Shown: positions 11,791 through 26,580 of the stretch, piece by piece
How positions within the stretch are numbered: the stretch's first letter is position 1
Layout of the letters: every line of letters begins with the position of its first letter
NCBI GenBank assembly: GCA_012295275.1
Contig: CM022670.1
Span: forward strand, 38,192,001-38,256,000
DNA: 64,000 nt
Direction: 5' to 3'
From: Chrysomallon squamiferum
Lineage: Eukaryota; Animalia; Mollusca
Made by a program: the position numbers and the translations under genes
Notes under the pieces: model-generated
What the model was told of the DNA's origin: nothing
The model's input: the letters and a program-made list of their open reading frames with translations, nothing else
Database searches by the model: none

Positions 11791-13207
11791 ATCCTTCAAT
11801 CACTAGCGATGGCTGGTTAGAACTGGAGTCAGCTAATTAACCATCAATGTATTGATTGCAGGGAAGAACTGCTACATCAGTGGAAACTTGACTGAACTAA
11901 CATTTCATCAATAGCTTGCCAATACTTGCCCATAATGCTATTAGTCACTAAGTGCATTCAGTAAATGGACCAATAAAGGCAATATGTTAACACAAGTCAG
12001 CAAACTGTGATTAAAAAACCATGGGTTATTAGGTTGCTGTTCTTTTTTTTTCTTCAAAGTTTTGTTAGATAAGAACGTAGGCTTGGTTTTTGAAAAGTTA
12101 AATTCTTCGTAGAAATAAACTCTGAGTCACCCTTTAAATTTTATTTATTTATTTATTTATATATTCATTATTGTTGTTGTTGTTATTATTATTACTACTA
12201 CTACTATTATTATTATTATTATTATTATTTTATTATTATATTTATTGTTGTTGTTGTTGTTGTTGTTGTTGATGTTGCATTTGCCATGTTTATTCATAAC
12301 ATATTTTGGCTGTGATTCATATTTTGAAAAAACTGTTTATGACTTTTGAAACAGGGAAGGTTTATTCATTAGATAATAAATAAAAAACTGATTTGTTCTT
12401 AAAAACACCAATAAAAGCAATACAAATTACAATAGCATCATCATCAACATCAAATTAACAACAACATCAACAATAAAAACAAAACAAAAATAAAAATAAA
12501 TAAAATAATAATAATAGAAATAATAGGAATACTAATAAAAGAAATAATAACAGAAATAACAGAAATAGTGATGGTGGTAGTAGTAGTAGTAGTACAAATA
12601 CAACAACAATAATAAAAGTAGAATTATTAATAAAAATAATAATAATTATGATCATAAATGATGAAATCTTAAGTTTTAATATATATTTTTTATAATAGTT
12701 ATAATTACTATCATTACTAGTCATCATTTCAAAGTTTTTCCAAATTGTAATTAAGAAAACTTCATCATCATCATCATACAATAATTTACTTAAATTATAA
12801 TTTTAAAAAGTAAAACATTATCATCATCATCATCATCATAATCATTATCACTATGCAGAGCTACAATGTCATATTCAAAAAAAAATCTAATTAAAATAAC
12901 AACACAGCATCAACATCGTCATCATCATCACCATCTTTACACACAAATACAACTACTTTCCGTAAAAATTCCAAGTGACACAACATCATAACAAGCTGAG
13001 GCGAGCTATTCACAGTTTTAAATACACACAGAAATGGTTTGAGACATTTACTGTAACCATGGTGTCAGGTAACATTAAACAAATTTTTTTTTAAATGTTC
13101 ACATAACACAAAAGTTGTTTTCTTCATTTCTTAATGGTGTAGCTCTTTTTGTTGTATCAGTCTTTACGCAAGTGACATTTTTCAAAGGCAGCCTCGTTTT
13201 ATTATTT

Positions 13208-13245
<38 letters not shown>

Positions 13246-13483
13246 AATCACAAAAAAGAAAATAAAAAGACATCAATTTTGTAAGCAATATTTAACACCT
13301 TGAAAGAGCAATGACCTGGAAAACCATCTGGGTCGTATTTCCCGAGCTTTTCATCAAATTAAAGTGATGTTAAAAAGTCGTATTATACAGAAAACTTTCA
13401 TTATTCTGTGAACCTCCGGTCTGACTACCTAGCATTATCATCAACCCAGCCAGCTGAAATTTAAAACCAATGTAAATCATACA

Positions 13484-13532
<49 letters not shown>

Positions 13533-13941
13533 CTTTTCATACACAGGATGTGCAATAGTTTTCAGGCTTCAGCAGATGTCTGGGCTGGATCATTTCAAAT
13601 CATGTAAGATTTATGGCAGTTTTTTTACATTAAGAAATCTTCTCAAACTGACACACACCTGTTAGCGAGCTTTATGTTATATTTAACAGCTCTGAACATT
13701 TTCCTTATCACCTGTGAGATTCCAGGCATCCACTGGGTATTTGTTAATACATTTGTAACTGTTATCTTTTTCTTCTTATCAGTGATTTTAACAAAAAAAC
13801 AACAAAAAATATATACATACACACACACAAACATGCATACTGATGTAAGATATGCTATGATATTTTTCAATATAAAAAATAAAATAAAATAAAAATAAAT
13901 AAATAAATCAGAAAGTAAGTAAATACATACATACATGCATC

Positions 13942-13990
<49 letters not shown>

Positions 13991-14242
13991 TTACATACAT
14001 ACATACATTTAATAGTTAAACCTTTACTGCTTATAATATTCTGAAACAACACCTTTTTTCCTTTGGTTATCTACTTGTTTGTTTATGCATACATCCAAAC
14101 ACCTTTCAAAAGAGAAAATTTCAGATGATAATGAATGAGAATGTCATAGGTATTTTCTCTCTCTATCCATCAATTTATCTAACTATCACTTTCTCAAATG
14201 TTCTCTCTCTGTGTGTGTGTGTGAAAATCTGTTTATTTCTCT

Positions 14243-14285
<43 letters not shown>

Positions 14286-14925
14286 CACAAACACTTCAGT
14301 AGATTTATATATATATATATATACACATTTGCAAACCTAGGTTTTTCATTTCTGCTGTCCACTGTCCATACTGTGTTGCTGAGGAAGACACAAACATGCT
14401 GTTTACACTGATACTGATCTTACTGCTGGCTATTGTGTCCAGTGTCCAGTCATGGTCAGTTAAACATTACTGGCTCAAAGTGTGAATATACCAGTACAGA
14501 TTTATTGTTACTCAGATACATCGAAGCATTATTAGTGTCGTTTTTAGTATACATTTTGATATTTGTATTGTTTTATTTTTGCATTACTTTGTTTCATTTT
14601 TTCAATATTATTAATTATTGTTATTATATATTTTTTTTTTATTTTTTTATAATAAAATGATTAAGATCAGATTTATAATTCAATTATGTAACCATGAAAT
14701 TAATATTCTTTTTAAAAATAAATAAAATGAATTTTCTAAAAAAAAAATAATAATTAATTAAATAAATAAAAAAAAAAAATGGAAAAAAAAAAAAAAAAAA
14801 TGAAAAAGTTTGTTAATACCAATAAGATTACATAGATTTTAAAAACTTACAAATGCCAATCTCTCAGTCAAAACAGCTTGTCAGGTTAAATTATTGAAAG
14901 ACAAAACTTCATTCTTTTTTTTCTC

Positions 14926-14956
<31 letters not shown>

Positions 14957-15529
14957 TTAAGCACTTGACATTATATTTAAAAATATTATTGATAATTATC
15001 TACACGAGAAAAGCCGCCTAGCAGACCATTACAACAATAATCCACTCGTTTCAAGATGTGAGGCATGTCTTACTGGAATTAGCAATTTACCGATAACAAA
15101 CAAATCAATGGGACAGAGAGAAATAAAAATAATATCAGCCCAGATTAGTTATAGATAATAATCAGACAGGAGATCAAAATCAATAACAAATTCAAGTTAC
15201 GGCATTATCAATATCGCTCGTAGAGATGTACGACTTGGAGTTCAATAACTGATAAAAGCGCATCACTGATTGGCTCGTAAGTTGTTCATCAACCAATCGT
15301 TATTCGTGATTTAAATTCGTTAAACCGGAGATACAGAAAGTATGATTTGTATCTACAGAGATGATGATGATGATGATAAAATAATGATAATGGTGGTTAT
15401 GATATTGGCCATGATGGTAATGATAATAATAATTATATTTATATAATATTTTCAAACTGAATCTATTATTTATTTAACATCTAAATTTATATACTGTTTT
15501 TTTAGGGGTAACAAAAATGAAGTAACCAA

Positions 15530-15571
<42 letters not shown>

Positions 15572-16216
15572 TGTTTATTCTTCTTCTTCCTCTTTTTATA
15601 TCTCAGTAGAATTTGTAAAGATTTGTTTTAAAAATTCACAAAAGAAATTAATATCTCTGAAATAATGAAAAAAAAAAAAAAAAAAAAAAATATAATTATT
15701 TTATTTCCTAAACAAATAAAAGAAATTGATTGTTCACGGCAAATTTAATTTCAAATATCATTGGAATCAGTATCGTTTGTATTCATTCATCATAGTTCTT
15801 ATTATTTTACTTTATTTTCAGCAAATGTATTTGTTTTTTTTAGATCGATACAAGTTGTTCTGAAATCAAAATTAAAAATTAAAATGATTATAAATGCATA
15901 AATGCGTTTCCATATCACTGACGCAGAAACAACGTTGTTAAAATCATGAAAATTAATGTTATTTTAAGAAATTTTGTTTTATTCGCGAAATATTATTTTA
16001 TGAAATGCTTCTTAATTCGTGAAGTATATATAAAATCAAAGTAATTCATGAAATGTTACTTTAAGAAATGCTAATCAATTTATAAAATATTATTTTATTT
16101 AAAAGTCTAGCAATTCACGAAATATATTATTTAATGAAAAGCTGTAGTTAATTCGTGAATTTTTTTTTTTTTTTTTTTTCCGCAAGCGGCTGTGATACGC
16201 GCCGAAACAAACTTAC

Positions 16217-16460
16217 TTAACACAGCGTATCACTGGAAAGTGTACGGTGTTATTGTAAGAACAAAACAACAAAGTATCAGGTCACGTTATCTAAGCTATA
16301 ACTACGTGACACCAGAGCGAGCCTCGCAGTCAGTACATATAAACACAGTGTAAAACAATGATATCACTTTTCAAACTCGAGTATCGTGTTTCTGCGTAGG
16401 AAGAGAGTATTTGAAAAACAAAAACCTTAAAGACAAGTTACGACATTAATGTGACGGTGT
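16217..16460 (-). promoter_or_regulatory. Candidate alternative non-coding first exon / promoter island
   Basis: CpG-enriched unique sequence 16180-16460; minus-strand donor TTAA|GTAAGT (ACTTAC 16211-16216). Confidence 0.35.
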
Positions 16461-17515
16461 AATGTCAAATTCACAAAAGGAAGAAAATATTTTGTAAACA
16501 TATTTTTTATCTTTTTTTTTTTTTTTTTTTTTTAAATATGTTGTTTTGCTCTGATGGATGTAATAAAATAAACACATGTACGCATGCATTTAAAGTTGTA
16601 CGTGAAAAAACACACACACACACACAATGTACGTGCAAATATGCACAGGTACATATACACACACGTCATGTTATGAAAAAATCAATTTTGATATTAAAAA
16701 TTATATATAAATATTTAATAGAACATGCCACTGATAATCAAAAAAAAAAAAAAAAAAAAAAAATGAAGCATAATAAATAAAATAAAATAAAGCCGAGTAA
16801 AACAAAACAATACAATACAAAAAAAATAAAAAAAAATAAAAAAAAATAAAATGATACCCCGAAACAGAACTTAAACAACAACAAAAAATCCCCAGTAAAA
16901 ATCTTATAACCCCCCCTCCCAACAAACAACCGTCTCTCCATTGCCCTCTCTACCTCTCACAAACATCTACAACATTAATCCACATCTACAAAAATTAATC
17001 TGCATGCAGCAAACGAATCAAACATTAACAGATAGCACTATCTGACGTGCAGCCAAAAAGTGATTTTCTCGTTTGGTTCTGGCAAGAGCAGATAACAAAG
17101 CGAAAGATGAAACTGAAATGCAGAGTTAATTTTCAACTCGTCGGATCAACAACCTCTTCTCTGCACTCGTTGACTCTCATGAATATTTTTTTTTTTTTTT
17201 TTTTTTTGATGCCTTGACCGACCAAATGCACATTCATTCAATCAGCAAGTGAATCTCTACGAATTTATTAATATGCTTGTTGTCAAGGAACGCTCGGTGA
17301 ATGCGTTTAAATGACGCGTTATTCGGAACTTGGACGGTGTTTCTTGGCAAGTGGAGTTTTACCCGTAAAATGCAGAGTTAAACGTTAATCTGGAGTTGAA
17401 TGTAAAATTAGCCCTTCAGTTGGTGAATTTTTTAACATATTTACAGATTAGTTCTTAATCGGAAAACATCTGACGTTTGTTTGTTCCTTTGATCCAAAGG
17501 TTATAATGATCAATC

Positions 17516-17820
17516 CTTAACCCTTTAACTGAAAAACTGTGACAGGATTATATGATTAACACTTAACCCTTCATCTGCAAAGTATTGACAGAAATATAGA
17601 TTTAACCATTAACCCTTCATCTGAAATATAGGTTTAACCTTTAACCCTTCTGCTGCAAAGGTTTGACAAAAATATAGGTTTAACACCTGACCTTTCATTG
17701 GAAACAGCCCGACAAAAACATAGATTTAACACTTAATATGAACACTTTTGACCAGAATATAGACTTAACCCTCAGTCCTAAACTTCTGAACATAAATACA
17801 AACTTAACCTTTCATCTGTT
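17516..17820. repeat. ~45-bp degenerate tandem repeat
   Basis: TTAACCCTTCATCTG.AAA....GACA.AAATATAG(A/G)TTTAAC recurs about 6-7 times. Confidence 0.8.
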
Positions 17821-18407
17821 AAAGTCTGATTCAGTGTAAAATCAGAATTATCAATAAAATAGTGTTATGAATTGTACTTAGTTAATTAACTTTCTACGTT
17901 TAATTTTTGTTAATTCAACAAAAAAGTTCATCAAAGATATATATATATATTAATGTGTGTGCATGTATATATGTGTCTATAAATATATATATTTACACAC
18001 ACATGCACCATGCTCAAATACACAGAAATGCCTAACAAGTTCTGAATCACTTACTACAAGAGACGTTGAAGACATTTGCTAAACAGGTACAATTATTTCA
18101 CAATACAGTGACAATTACGCTCGCACAAACACACACACACACCCAGAACAAGATTTAATCTAAAGCTGGAATCTTCTGTGTCGGGAGATACGCAAGTCAA
18201 AGTCTGCTAACTCATTGGCATTCACAGTCAGCACCCCAATCAGTCTGATGCTAAACTGCTGATTACTGATTGCTTGATGAGCAAACAACACAAATAGCTT
18301 CCACACACCCTCATTCTCAGAATGTACATGATATAAATCTGTGTGTGTGTCTGTGTGTGTTTGTGTGTGTGTGTGAGAGAGAGTGTGTGTGTATGTGTGT
18401 AAGAGAG

Positions 18408-18459
<52 letters not shown>

Positions 18460-18869
18460 TGTGTGTGTGTGTGTGCAAGAGAGTGAGTGTGTGTGTGTGA
18501 GAGAGAGTGTGTTTATACATATATATAAACATATATTTTTTCTTGAAAATATTGAGATGTATGTTATTTTGAGTAAAACAGACTTTTTATAATCTATAAT
18601 ATTTTTACGACAATTATTAATCACGTTACTGTTTCTGTTTATCTATTCTGTATATTTATATGCCTGTCAGTTTATCTGTCTGAACATTTTTATCTATCTT
18701 TATCTACAGAAAAACGCAGAGATGAACATAAAAACGGAGTAAATCCATGCAATACACTGCTTTTATTTAATTACTTATTTATTTTTTTGAAAAGATAGTA
18801 AAAAAAGCACTTTTCAACTGACAGGAAAATACATACTACAGTAACGCATATTGTGTGATAGCGATCTAA

Positions 18870-19010
18870 ACTAGCAGTATGAGGTATTGTTATGTGCATC
18901 TTCCAAAAGACAAGAAAGCAGAAACTAAAAGTCACAAGACACTGACTGGAACACGATACAGTCTAACTGGCTCACTGAGAAGGATTGATCTTTCAGTCCA
19001 CTGTACCTCA
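18870..19010 (-). mobile_element. Decayed Meta/MESC-like SINE copy (minus strand)
   Basis: TAGCAGTATGAGGTATTGTTATGTGCATCTTCCAAAAGACAAGAAAGCA...CACTGACTGGAACACGA...CTCACTGAGAAGGATTGATC is the reverse complement of the core plus the end of the head seen at 37790-37920. Confidence 0.6.
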
Positions 19011-19298
19011 ACATGATTATTTAATCCTCAAGCCACAGACTATCCCATTAAAACTGAATTATCAGATAAAAACTGCGCCGAACAAAACAGAATGGGGCCC
19101 ACACAGATATGTAACAAAACAAAATCAAATCATTTAGTGCTAAACCCACGAAGATAAAATGAAGAAGAAAAATAAACCCAACCACAAACTGAATATCCCA
19201 GCATACAACCGATGCTCCATAAAACCAATATATCTTCAAAAACTTTACAACGTTATGAACAGTTAGAGCACTCAAACAGAAGAAATATCTTTCCCTAC

Positions 19299-19540
19299 CT
19301 TGTTTAATTCATCTAAAGTGCTTTCCATTAATTACATTGATAGTGGCTAAACTGTATCCCGAAGTCAGGCTGATATAAAATTACTTGAAGAAACTGCTGC
19401 TGCAATGGACTGGTTCTCAGTTCTGACTAGTTGTCAGGATACTTGTATATGTTAACTTCACACGGTGTTTTAAGTGTTATGTTTGGTATTGTTTACTTCG
19501 TCTGCTCGCTTTAGATTTCTTTATGCTCGGACACTGACTG
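19299..19540 (-). promoter_or_regulatory. Candidate alternative non-coding first exon
   Basis: Donor AAG|GTAGGG at 19298; initiator-like TCAGT at 19537-19533; upstream CpG-rich block 19830-20450 with E-box CACGTG (~19985) and CRE-like TGACGT (~19942, ~20252). Confidence 0.4.
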
Positions 19541-20726
19541 GAACATTATTAATTAAAAGCCAATTACAGTCTAACTCCTGAAAGGTCGTCACACTTCGAA
19601 AGTACAGTAATAAAATAAATAAATAAGTAAATAAATAATTGAAAAAAAAAAAGAAGAAGAAAGAAGTGAAGAAATTTAAAAAGAAAAAAAAGGAAGATTT
19701 TTTTTTTTTTAAACTTTTGGTAAAAAGATTTTTTCATACAAAACAGAATGCATCACAGATCTCGTGATTTAGATATCAGTTTTATTTATTAAAGAACTAT
19801 CATCATGTTTTCATACTGTTAAGTTCCAGTCTACGCTTAATGACGGTTTTGTTGTAATTACGAACGAGGGCCGGCTCCTAAACCTAACTGAGTGACACTT
19901 GATGCAGTTGTTAATAAGTTAACATCCAGGGATTTGTCTTCTGACGTGATATTCGTCGTATCTGCATCAAAGCAATCTCGACTCCACGTGTAACCGCGTG
20001 ATTATCTCGTGCTCGAGTCAAATCCATAATGCATATTTTCTCTTATATATGTAAATAGAAAAAAAAAAAAAAAAAAAAAAAAAGTCCTAAGATTACTAAT
20101 CACAATTGGTTGCAGGATGATTGGAAGCTCAGTGGTTCCATAACAATGTCATAATTGTGTATTCCGAGCCCGTCTCGTGCTGGAGATGAACCGGACACAT
20201 TGTTCGGACCACAAGCAAACATTAATTAGAAAATCGTAATGGGAAACTGTCTGACGTCTGTTCCGTACCCTCTCCCGTATATATATACGCATGTCTCTTC
20301 AAGAGTCATGATGGCCTTTGGCAAACGCTGTGCTCGTACAGCCAAACTGTGGACGTTAAACTGCAATGTGAAAATAATGTGTCCTTTAATCCCAGATGTA
20401 ATAAGACAAGCAATGGAGGAGCGACATTGCAAGACCATCGTCAGCCAGAAATTGGAACCCCATTTGGAAAATGTTTGTTCTGAGGGTCAGCTGTCCTTTG
20501 TTGAATCTGCTTGTAAAGAGCTTTCAGAAGATAACAGAAACGTGACCTGATATTAATGAGAAATGTCCACAGCAGGTTGCTTTTTAAATACATGTATATT
20601 TATGAATGCATCTTGTGGACCAAAGATAAATATCCTGAATTTGCTGATGGCTACAATGATTGTGTTTGTATTTTGTTATACGTTGAGTGAGTGTATTCTC
20701 ATATATTCAGATTACAATTATATGGT

Positions 20727-20788
<62 letters not shown>

Positions 20789-22361
20789 TGCATACTCACA
20801 GACATAAACATTTATACATACAAACATTCATACACACAAATACTCATACACATACAGATGTGCATACAATCACATACATACATACAAACATAATAATACA
20901 TACATACACACACACACATATCCATATATACATACATATATACAAACAAACACACACACATACAGACAGAAACACACACAAATATTTCCAGTTCCAGATA
21001 ATGCTCCACAGTTAGTGTCAGAAATCAAGTTCATGCTTTAAACACTAGTTTTCTCTGAAAACGTCTATAAAAGAATCCTTACTGATCACAACTAAGAATA
21101 ACCTAATTTCCATCATGAGTAAAAATTTCATCTCCCAAACGTTATCATCACAGACACAAACATTTCTTTGATCTCTAAATTTTGTGTACACAGTTTATTT
21201 GAGTCAGACAAAAGTACACATGTATATACTTTGAAATACAAGAAAATGTGATGTACAAATCAGGCAGGAAAAGATTATCTAGGATGTATACGTATCACTG
21301 ATGGGGCAGTCAGTATTTAACATGAAACACAGAAATAAGCAATCAGTTTTGTGTGAACTGACTGATGTGGAATTGGTCAGAGATTTAGTATTGACTTCAG
21401 CTGCATTGTCATCAGTTTCTTTACTTCTCATATTCTATACATTATTATTTTAACTTCAGATAAAATATTTATCTTTTGTTTTATTGATAATTTACTTATT
21501 TTCATGTTTATATTATGAACTTCAGAATGCAGTCTTTATATATATATAGATAGACAGATATGTTTTTTTATTTTTGTTTGTCACTGAAACCAAACTTTGC
21601 TGATTATAAAGTATACCAGTAATAGAATAGGTTGGAATGGTTAATATTTATAAGGTTATCATAAGCTACAAAACATTAAAACAAAGAAAAAAATATTATT
21701 TTAATTTTAAAATGTTAATGTGTGTGTGTGTTTTTGTGTGTTTGTGTGTGTACTCAATCATAGATTAATAATGCATCATACATATTTATTTACTAATTTG
21801 TTTATTTTTTATTATTTTACTAATTTATTTAATACAGAATTATTTTAAAATTTACACATTAAATTATTCACTTTTGCCATAATCTAACACAGGAGCCCTC
21901 CCATGAACAGAAGAACACAGAAGAAAACTGAATTTCATGTGAAATAGCCTAAAGTGTACACTGGAGAAGACTGATCCTGCAACCTACCATACCTCATTCC
22001 TCCAGAACAACCTTTGATCAGGCCAGTGCTCTGTTACTGATCTATATGCAGGATATTTTTCTTTTAAAGATGTGTGCTGTGTAACTAGAGGGAGAAAAGA
22101 GATTACATAACACACATTGAGTTGTTTAAACATGGAACTGCAGGGCTAAACGCAAACTTGCATGTCTGGTCATGCTGAACAAACCAGATCCACTGACAGG
22201 ATCGAACATCACACCCAGAACAGAGGCAAAATTAGAGAAAGATCATTTGAGAACATGGTTCAAATATTTTTGTTTGTTTGTTTATTAATTAATTCTTTTT
22301 GAAAGAGAAGTGAAAACTACTGCCACTATCACTGGAACTACTAATAAAATACCAATATTAG

Positions 22362-22364
22362 TAT

Positions 22365-22456
<92 letters not shown>
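22362..22456. repeat. (TAC)n/(TAA)n trinucleotide microsatellite
   Basis: Seen directly; gives the poly-L/I and poly-S ORFs. Confidence 0.97.
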
Positions 22457-22460
<4 letters not shown>

Positions 22461-22739
22461 GTGATGTAGTCATCTGGTTTAAAATAATTTTAATGTTTTT
22501 ATTTTGTTTTTAAAAATAAATAAATTTGTACAGTACACCCAATAGTAGAGTGAATTGGTTAAAGTTTAGATTTAAAATAGTTCTGTGTAAAATAAATTAA
22601 TAAATATAAACAAATAAATAAATAAATAAGTTTTAAAAAGATTGCTTTTGCTCTCTACCAGACTGAAATAACAATGTACAAAACTTTGTTTCAAATATAC
22701 AATATCCAGTATCTAAACTGAACCAAAAATGTTTCACTG

Positions 22740-22870
22740 TTACAAACACATTTCACAATCATAGTCAAGGTAGCACATACCAATGTTTTTCGATAAAGCA
22801 GATGCAGAACACTGGTTTACTGGTGGGGGGAGTCCAAAGAGGAGACTGAGAAATATCCCAATCCAACCAC
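22740..22870 (-). mobile_element. Highly decayed Meta/MESC-like SINE fragment
   Basis: GGTAGCACATACCAATGTTTTTCGATAAAGCAGATGCAGAACACTGG resembles the reverse complement of CCAGTGCTCCAC.ACTGG.ATATCAAAGGCCGTGGTATGTGCTA. Confidence 0.45.
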
Positions 22871-23010
22871 AAGCTCCATTATATTATGGCATTTGGAGCA
22901 TCTTGCTTTAAGACTTATGTCTTTGTTTTATTTTGCTCTCTCTCTCTCTCTCTATATATATATAAATATGTATGTGTATGTGTATGTATGTATGTATTAT
23001 GTGTATATGT

Positions 23011-23045
<35 letters not shown>

Positions 23046-23478
23046 ATTCATTTATTTATTTATTGAGTAACTGAAATCTGAAACGTATATAAATATGAAA
23101 ACCAGATTATTATTGATCAGCAGGCAAGTGACAGGTCACTTGTTTCGTACTACACATATTTTCAGAAACAGTCTTCTAAATTCATCTACCCCAAGGGCCA
23201 GATCAAGGCTGATGGATTGTATCGAGTCTTACAAGCTATTTTGAATTTTAAATGAGTTTTTAAGTATAGATATTTCAAATTACGTCTGCACATATTTATC
23301 ACCATGGTACGTATGTTTTCATCATTTTTAACAAATGGTTTGAACAATTCGTGACGATAAATGAATGTAAAACAAAATATTTGTGTCGCTAAATAACATT
23401 AAAACAATGTGTGTGTGTGTGTACATATATATATATATTTATATAAAGTGAGTGTGTGTGTTTGTGTGTGTGTGTATG

Positions 23479-23538
<60 letters not shown>

Positions 23539-23829
23539 TAAAGAATTAAATAAATTAAAATAGATTTTTAAAAATAAAAAACTTTGGGGCTAAATGTTTG
23601 TAACATTATATAACTAAGAAAGAAAACAATAAATCACAGGAACACAAAACGGCAATCAAACAGGAGAGAACAGAATATCCAAAATAAAACCAAATCTCAT
23701 CACTTTTGTTTAAATATCGCATAACATGGTCTATTTTAAAACGTATTCACTGATGGCAGATTTTGTAATTTCATCTTAAAAATGATGTGCATTATGTTAT
23801 CGTGATACCTTTTTTCCTGAAATCCTAAA

Positions 23830-23862
23830 CCCTACCTGTTAAAAACAACAAACAAAAAAGCT
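23830..23862 (-). other. Candidate recursive splice site (ratchet point), or donor of an alternative exon (~23836-24208)
   Basis: Minus strand GCTTTTTTGTTTGTTGTTTTTAACAG|GTAGGG: U-rich tract and YAG directly fused to a GT donor; Inr-like TCAGTT at 24208-24203. Confidence 0.35.
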
Positions 23863-23925
23863 ATAAAATCCCAACAACAACAACATAATAATAATAATAA
23901 AAATATAAAAAAATTAAATAATAAT

Positions 23926-23956
<31 letters not shown>

Positions 23957-24311
23957 TAATAAATAAATACATAAATAATATAAAAAAAAAATATGAGAAA
24001 ACTCATTAACAAGCAGCAGACATTTCATAATCAGTTTTCATTTACATAAAAAGTCCAAACTGTATTGCTGAATAAATATTTAAACCGTTAATGGTAAAAT
24101 TGACTGAAAGGTTTGACAACAACCTGCGACAACAACAGAAATATTCCCCCTCAAGAATCGACAAAATAATGAATTTAAAAAAGTTTGCCCTCATACGTAT
24201 TAAACTGAACACAATCACTTTCACAGCTTCGCATTTTACATTTTTAAATTTGTTGTATGACATCTTTCAGTTAGTCATAGAAGACAGATGATACTAATGA
24301 AGTAGTTACAA

Positions 24312-24346
<35 letters not shown>

Positions 24347-24904
24347 ACATTAAATTTAATCAAGTATGAAAAAAACATTCATGACTGTCCTGTCAGAATG
24401 ACGCAATTGTAATACAACTGAAATAATACACACAGAGTGAATCAGGTTTTTTAAATAGTTCTTTTGGAAATCACGACACAGAATAATAAAAAGACAAATA
24501 TGGCTGAAACTCTATACGTTTCATTGGTATCTTATTATATGTTTAATGTTTTCTGTCCTCTGCTGAATCTGTCTTGAAGTATTTTCAAAATTCTCTTTCG
24601 TTTTCAGTAAGAGTATTGTGATTTTTATCTGTTTCAATATGTAGCTAAAATTTTCAAATTTTCAAATAATGTCCTGAAGTATTTTCAAAATTTTCTTTCA
24701 TATTCAATATAAATATTACAGTTTTATATGGCTGAATGTTTGAAATAACTGAGTTCTACTTAATCTCATAAATTTGTTCTGTGACATGCATCTTCAAAAT
24801 TAAAAATGTGTTCAAAAGTGAAATATGTTTTAACCTTAAACACTCACTCAGACACAAAACAGACACACCCATTCACACACAGACACACACATATATTGAT
24901 ACAT

Positions 24905-25470
<566 letters not shown>

Positions 25471-25634
25471 CATTAACAAGAGAAACGCAGTCATTAGCAA
25501 GCAGATGATCAAGTAAACAACAGGACCACACCTAGTTTTTCAAGGCCGCAGCTCGCAGTCTTGCATTTCATTAGTGTCCTACGTGTTTTTAAAATTCATT
25601 TTCACTTTCACTGTTTTCCTGTTTTCCTGAGTGA

Positions 25635-26580
25635 TTGTGTTGTGTGTGAGTGAATGTGTTGTGTGTGAGTGAATGTGTTGTGTGTGAGTGAATGTGTTGT
25701 GTGTGTGTGAATGTGTTGTGTGTGTGTGAATGTGTTGTGTGTGTGTGAATGTGTTGTGAGTGTGTGAATGTGTTGTGAGTGTGTGAATGTGTTGTGAGTG
25801 AGTGAATGTGTTGTGAGTGTGTGAATGTGTTGTGTGTGTGTGAATGTGTTGTGTGAGACGTGTGATGTGTTGTGAACAACAGGACCATGTGAGTGAATGT
25901 GTTGTGTGTGATGAATGTGTTGTGTGTGAGTGAATGTGTTGTGTGTGTGTGAATGTGTTGTGAGTGTGTGTGAATGTGTTGTGAGTGAGTGTCCTGAATG
26001 TGTGTGTGTGTTTTGTGTGTGTGTGTGAATGTGTTTTGTGAGTGAATGTGTTGTGTTGTGTGAATGTGTTGTGTGTGAGTGAATGTGAATGTGTGTGTGT
26101 GTGATGTGTTGTGAGTGTGAATGTGTGTGTGAATGTGTTGTGAGTGTGTGAATGTGTGAGTGTGTTTGTGTGTGAATGTGTTGTGAGTGAATGTGTTGTG
26201 AGTGAATGTGTGTGAGTGAATGTGTTGTGAGTGTGTGAATGTGTTGTGGGTGAGTGAATGTGTGTGTGTGAATGTGTTGTGAGTGTGTGAATGTGTTGTG
26301 AGTGAGTGAATGTATTGTGAGTGAGTGAATGTATTGTGAGTGAGTGAATGTGTTGTGTGTGAGTGAATGTGTTGTGAGTGTGTGAATGTGTTGTGTGTGA
26401 GTGAATGTGTTGTGAGTGAGTGAATGTGTTGTGTGTGAGTGAATGTGTTGTGAGTGTGTGAATGTGTTGTGTGTGAGTGAATGTGTTGTGTGTGAGTGAA
26501 TGTGTTGTGAGTGTGTGAATGTGTTGTGTGTGAGTGAATGTGTTGTGAGTGTGTGAATGTACTGTGTGTGAGTGAATGTT
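25635..26580. repeat. ~18-22-bp TG-rich minisatellite, ~950 bp
   Basis: GTGAATGTGTTGTG(A/T)GTG(A/T) repeated roughly 45 times; source of the 338-aa H/T/S-rich ORF. Confidence 0.96.

Noticed and set aside
14060-14082. miR-9-like CTTTGGTTATCTA
   Set aside because: Only 13 nt match, the 3' half differs, and there is no complementary star arm.
17284-17305. miR-124-like CAAGGAACGCTCGGTGAATGC
   Set aside because: Seed mismatch and an insertion; no upstream arm in the right order to form a pre-miRNA hairpin.
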